Below are positions 57,931 through 64,000 of a stretch of DNA of 64,000 nt, one piece after another; positions within the stretch are counted from its first letter, which is position 1; each line of letters opens with the position of its first letter. The stretch covers positions 29,608,150-29,672,149 of the forward strand of contig NC_134026.1 in the NCBI RefSeq assembly GCF_964204645.1, in the 5' to 3' direction. The notes under the pieces are model-generated. The model saw nothing but the letters and a program-made list of their open reading frames with translations, did no database searches and was not told the DNA's origin. The position numbers were made by a program, and so were the translations under genes. Source of the DNA: Tubulanus polymorphus (lineage: Eukaryota > Animalia > Nemertea).

Positions 57931-60039
57931 TTGCAGTGAATTACTGAAGTGCCAGAGGGTTGTACAAGCATAAATAATGTCTTCAGTATAAACACAGTTT
58001 GTAAGAGCTCATAAAAAGTGGTTCAATAGAATTATAGGCTATCGCCAAAGGATAATTCACATGCATGACGTTTTTATGCAGGTGGTTTAACTCTAACACT
58101 AATTCGCTGACAATACTTTTGAAGAGCTATTTGTCAGTTTAAAGAAAGACCAGACGAGCTCGATGGAACCTAAGGCGCCATGTCCCGGTAGACATCAAAA
58201 GACGACCAACTGACTTCCACCACTGGGGGCTCGGTATCGCTGTCCTGCCCTGGGTTCTTTACAAATGTCCGACCCACTTGCTTTTATCTGCGAAACTAAA
58301 ATCGACTGTAGACGATTTATATTTAATTGACTTCAATAATTTCGTTATAATGCACATTAAAAAAACACGTAAAATATAATCCTTACATGTGTATTATGAC
58401 ATAGAAATTCCCTGCATATTTTTCTAAGTGATAAATGTTCGATAATTTGCGCGATAGTTTATCACCTTTCATTTCATAATAAGATAGACTATAAACACAT
58501 TTCATCGTATTACAGCGTTTTTCGTTACTTTTTCTATCCAACAAGAACAAAACTTTTAGCTAATCTATTTACTGTAACAATTAATCTAATCAAGAATAGA
58601 ATAGTCTCAGAAGATTGATGGATAAATTATGTGTCTTTATCGCGGATATTTAAAGATATTTGAACTGAGTGTCGTCAATCAAACCCCAGTAGGCGCAGTT
58701 TTTATTATCGTTTTGCAGTGAATTGAATTGTCAGGAAATGAGTCTCGACTCATTGAGTCTCGACTCATTTTTTTATCAGATAACGTAACTTCCTTTGCGA
58801 TGGCAATAATAAACTGAAATTTTTGACACACACACACTGCTCAAAGAGTCATCCCAAATCAGGTATTCATTACGTAGTTTTTATAAGATATAAATGGCGT
58901 ATTGTTCCAGGTGTATATTCACTGTCGGTGAAACTCTTTATTTTCTCGCGATAATTGGATTTAAACTAACAGAAGCAAGCTTCCTGTATTCATCTTTATT
59001 TTGATACTAAATCTAAATCTGTTAATGATTATTTTACCAATTCGATTGTAAGGACTCGATATCGACGATTCATTTCTCAATCTAGAGGCGGTTAAGTTTC
59101 TATGAATAAATGGGAGAATATGAGAAAACTAATCCTTCTTTAGAATCAACCGCAACTGAAAATGATTTGAAAACAAGCTCATGAATAAACGGCGCCGATT
59201 TCCAACAAAATTGGTCTCAACGACCACAATAATTATACACTATACAAATTAACCCCTTGAGAAGTTAATGTTTAATATCACAGATAATATGAAGGTAATT
59301 GCACGGCTAGATAATGCACTCGAGGCTTTTTCTATTTTCGTTTAAATAGCTTTGATGTGAGGCGGTGAATTTTCAATGGCGAATTCGCGTGTGACAAACG
59401 ACACATAAATGGCTGTACACGGCGGAAATCTTGTTCAAGGCAGAAGTGGTTCCAATTAGAACGAATCGCGACCGGTTTATAATAGTTTCGGAGATTGATG
59501 ATTTAATTGCGGATAATTGCTCGCAATTTCAATAAGCCAATAAACACCCGGTGAACTTATTCCGAGCGACACGTTATATAGTCTAAAAATTGCTGTTGTC
59601 TTGGAAATTAGTATAAATAATATTCAAAATCATAAGGCAGCGAATTTAGAAAAAAACATATCGATTTCTTAATTGCCTATTGGCAAAAATTATCGTTTGG
59701 AATGAAATAAGCCCTACTTAGCGCCAGCACGTGAAATACATCATTCATTGTTTAACTGTTTGCTATTATCGAGTGAAGCAGCCACAAGTTAGCAGCAGTT
59801 AAGGGATATTTTCAACATCCGCCGACACTCGGCCATGGTTTTTGATACCATCAGGTTCGAATCTCTACCTCGAGAGGCGTCACGTGCGTCATATACCCGC
59901 AATTGAATAACCTCTGGCAAGTGATGTTACGGTTGGCTAGTTCTATAGACTGGTTACCGGTATTTATTTTCTGGTACCGGCAACCAGTTCGACGAATTTT
60001 CCCGAAGAAGGCAGCACATGTCAGTCCCATACTCATTGC

Positions 60040-60125
60040 GAGTCGACCAGACCTGGTAAGCGAGGACGGCTCCGGTAACGCGGCAGTAGGTTCGAATCCC
60101 AGACCGGGTCAGTCCTAAACCTTTT
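60040..60125 (+). mobile_element. tRNA-derived SINE-like fragment
   Basis: B-box GGTTCGAATCCC at ~60089-60100 followed by agaccgggtcagtcctaaacc; no cloverleaf. Confidence 0.45.
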
Positions 60126-60298
60126 ACACAACACTAACGTAGATTATACAGATAAAGAGCACATTCATTTATTATATACGTTTAATAAATATAATATACA
60201 TGTATTATTAGTGAAACATGCGCGACAGATACCAACACCAAGTGCAGCTGCAGCCACTCGTCTCAGATCTCATCTATTTATTCACTAATGTTCATAAA

Positions 60299-62845
60299 TC
60301 ACTTTTCAATTCTACATAAAGGATTATCATGCACCATTTGTAGATTCACTTTAGGTCCGATTAATTCTCTAATATTTGATATACCATACTTGATCATCGT
60401 AGGTCTGAAATAAAATACATGTATAATCGATTTAGATAAAATGAGCAGGGAGGTGGGGAGAAGTGGGGGAGAGTTGTGGGGTAGGGGGTAGTGCAGCCAT
60501 GCTTTGAGTTCTGACCTTTCTAATGATAGTCCCCACGCGATGACTGTAACATCTTCAGGTAACCCCATAGGTAATAACATTTCAGGTCTGAATACACCTG
60601 AATTTCCGATTTCAACCCATTTTTTCAACCCTACAAATAAACGTAATCTTTGTTAACTATTTATGAACTCGTTATGAACCATTTATTGTCGGCTTATAGC
60701 TAAATACCTTCGTGATAACCAAAGATTTCCATACTCGGCTCGGTGTAAGGATTATAAGCCGGTTTGAAGCGCAATTTTTCCATTCCTAATTTCTTAAAGA
60801 ATTCGGATATAACTCCCATCAGATCTCCGAGTGTTAGATTATAATCCGCGACCAATCCTTCGACCTGATGAAATTCGGCTAAATGCGTAGCGTCCAGTGT
60901 CTCATTTCTGAACACTCGGTCTATCGAGAAATATTTCTTAGGAGAGAACTTTTCCTGTAAAATGTCAAACAAATGATATTAACCGTATATCAGTGCTGTA
61001 TGAACCCTAAATGTATGTCCCTGTGAACATTACACTGACCTGCTGCGCTAACTTGTAAAGCATTCTAGCACTAACTGCAGTTGTATGTGTCCTTAATAAA
61101 TTCTTTTGGGCTTCTTCTATTTTCCAGTCATATTTATACCTTGAACATCAGACCAAACATCAATAATAGATTATTTGCATAAGAGACAATTCTCAGAGGA
61201 AATCGTTTGACGTCTAATTTACCCTTGTGATCCGTATCCTCCATTCGAGTGAACATCTTTAACACGTTTTAAGTAATCCATCGGAAAATCAGTAGCATCT
61301 TTTGGATCTGAATTAAATATAGGTCAGTTTTAGAAACAAATAGAAATGTGTTAAGTAATCCAAATAAATAAGTCAAACAATTTACCAGCAATGAAGAACG
61401 TATCATGAGCATCTCTGGCAGGATGCTGCTGAGGCTGAAACAAAGCGTCAAAATTCCAGAAACTGCTCTCGATGAAATTATTGGTCGGCATCTCTGTAAA
61501 TCTGACAAAAAAAAACATGAAATATAAGTAACAACGCGCCAGACACTGAATACAATTCGGCATAAAGACTGATTCTAACTGACCCCATCTCGATGAAGAT
61601 TTGTCTGAACTGAGTTCGAACTTTCAGTAATGGATGTAAATGTCCAGAGGTCGGAGCAACTCCGAGAGCGTCAAAGTTGTACGGTTTGAATGTTTTAGTT
61701 TTCCACGATCCCCTGAATAGAAAATTCATGAAAAATAAATACTTTCATTCGAGGCCTAAAAGAAGCAGATCACGGTTGAATTATTTACGTAGCTATCATC
61801 TCTGCGGTTAATTCAGTTTCTTGCTTTGTGAGCGACGTAGTAAATTCTGATCCTTTCGTTATGAGATACGTGTTCACCTTCCTGCAAATATACAACACCC
61901 AGCGATGAAGATCTCAGCGATGATCCATCTCACGAGGAATCAAACCCTTGAGCAACCAGGATTAACTAACCACTCATACTTACACTTCAGTAATAAGCTT
62001 TCTTTTCTTATACTCCGTTACTTGTGCATTACTCAATTCAACATCTTTTGATTGTTTGATTTTCAGCAGTGCTGTTTGTACTGTATCGTCTATACTGGCT
62101 ATATTCCTATAAACAGTCGGTCCACCTTCGGTAGTTTTATCTAATTTAATCCATTTTGCTGCAATTGCTTTGCTGAAACCTATTTTAGCGTTGGGTAATT
62201 TCTGTAAATAGGAAACACTTCACATGATTGCTGTATCAATATCTATCTAATATCCATGTATTGGTATCATCGATCATAGTTTACCATGAGTTCTTTATGT
62301 GGAATGCCGTCAGCGGCAGGAACAGCATGATAAATCCTTGCTTCATAACTTCCATTTGAAGCTACATCTTCACCTTCTTTAGAAAGATCCCAGCGTTTAC
62401 TTGTTTGCTGTTTAGTGTTGATTACCTTCAATAAAAAACAGAAACAATTACAAGTTACGGAATTTTTGCCATTATTTCTACATGTATCGACAATATCAAG
62501 ACAATTTCCTGATTTGTGCAATTGTTTGGCACCCGCAACAGGTTAAGCCTTATTAGTGCATCTGTTGGATGCTTTACGTTAATCACAGCTTAGATCTGTC
62601 AGTAACCTGTCAAATCTCATTTCACTAGTCACCGGCAGGCGGCGCTGATGATCGCTAAAAATGATGCAATCTGCAGCGAAAAGAAGATAAATACGACATA
62701 CATCACCGAAACATTCAATACTCTTGATTGCTCCGACGATCTTTTGATGTTCAATACCGAATGATGTAGCGACTACTTCTGAATCGACGCCGTCCGGCGA
62801 TTTATCTGATAAATATTGCAGAACACGTTCCGCCAAGTCGGCCAT
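60299..62845 (-). CDS. FARSA: Cytoplasmic phenylalanyl-tRNA synthetase alpha subunit, complete multi-exon gene
   Basis: Exons: [12 protein letters not shown]...[16 protein letters not shown]; [17 protein letters not shown]...[21 protein letters not shown]; [36 protein letters not shown]; [27 protein letters not shown]...[14 protein letters not shown]; [21 protein letters not shown]...[15 protein letters not shown]...NPLCRIEK*. Confidence 0.97.
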
Positions 62846-63031
62846 GATGATTCAATAAAATACTAAATTTGATTTGAATTTGTAGTAACAATATCAACAG
62901 TTTGCAGTAAGCTACGATATCGACAGTTTGTTGAGACCGGTGACGGGCGACCTTGGATTCAACCGCCTTGCATTGAATAACAGCTGGTATTATACAAGCT
63001 ACTATCGTTTTCGACTCGTAAAAGTTATAAA
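62846..63031. promoter_or_regulatory. Bidirectional promoter shared by FARSA and GCDH
   Basis: Only 186 bp separate the two divergent start codons (62845 on -, 63032 on +). Confidence 0.75.
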
Positions 63032-64000
63032 ATGTCTTTATCCGCAGTATTATTGAAGGCAATTCGATGCTCAAATCCTCTGGGAAGATGCATGTCGAGT
63101 GGTTCATGTGAGTATCTGTTTAAAATCTCATTTGTTATTTTTATATGATCGCTCAAAAATATAAACTGTTGAGCTCAAACTGTTTGTGACTTTTCATCAA
63201 TCAAATATAAATGCGCGTTTTATTAACAATGATATTTGGTTTTATAACATTTGTGTAGCTTTAACTCGATTTAACTGGAAAGATGCGTTGAATCTGGAGT
63301 CTCAGTTGACTGATGAAGAGAAGATGGTGCGAGATCAATTTCACACGTATTGTCAGGATAAATTAATGCCGAGAGTTTTAATGGCGAATAGAAATGAAGG
63401 TATCGTAAAGTCCTAATTATCGAGTACCTGAGACATAGTATCACCAAGAACCTTTCTTTTTAAATATTCCTCATTTTTATTTCAGTATTTCATCGAGAAA
63501 TAATCACAGAGATGGGAGAATTGGGCGTTTTAGGGCCGACTATTCAAGGCTATGGCTGTGCTGGTGTTTCATCAGTTGCTTATGGTTTAATTGCAAGAGA
63601 AGTTGAAAGGTAAAATAACTTAAAGTTAAGATTCACGGTTTATAGCAATGGAAATTTCTGGAATTGATGTTTATTAGATAACCTAGTTTTTAGAAAAGAC
63701 CTGGAATTGAAATTGCCATGATTATGTTTGGTTTTATTTATAGGATTGATAGTGGATATAGATCAGCTATGAGTGTTCAATCCTCACTAGTTATGCATCC
63801 TATTCATGCCTATGGTACGGATGCCCAACGGGATAAATATCTACCTAAATTAGGTAAGTTTGTGAGTCGCAAATATTTGAAATCTGAATCTAGTTAAAGA
63901 TCTGAAAATGTTGTTGAATTAGAAACTGGAATTGTTGTGTTTATATTTGTTTAGCTAAAGGAGAATTAGTCGGTTGTTTTGGTTTGACTGAACCTAATCA
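63032..64000 (+). CDS. GCDH: Mitochondrial glutaryl-CoA dehydrogenase, 5' exons (runs off window)
   Basis: Exon 1 63032-63107 [25 protein letters not shown] (transit-peptide-like), then [43 protein letters not shown] / [41 protein letters not shown] / [25 protein letters not shown]...KYLPKL / [15 protein letters not shown]. Confidence 0.96.

Overview
Eukaryotic, AT-rich, compact-intron animal DNA (bilaterian invertebrate, probably lophotrochozoan; inferred from gene sequences and repeat types, not determinable here). The six-frame ORF track mostly shows exon fragments. Gene content left to right: last coding exon of an LHFPL/TMEM211-family membrane protein (+); a multi-exon gene with N-terminal SDS22-like leucine-rich repeats (+, ~6.1-12.8 kb); a complete SZT2 (KICSTOR scaffold) gene (-, 13362-42519); an ~11 kb gene-poor interval; a two-exon Msx homeobox gene (-, 53811-57624); FARSA (-, 60299-62845) head-to-head with the 5' part of GCDH (+, 63032 to window end). 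Introns and intergenic DNA carry several MITEs, a Helentron-type element, an L2/CR1 LINE tail and tRNA-derived SINE-like pieces. No prokaryotic systems or CRISPR arrays are present, and I found no clearly new biological system. The best leads are three frame-preserving micro-exons in one SZT2 intron, a candidate poison exon in the LRR gene, FARSA-GCDH linkage shared with human, Msx lying apart from other NK-cluster genes, a foldback element with tRNA-like arms, and two candidate unannotated small genes. All coordinates were read by hand and may be off by a few bases.
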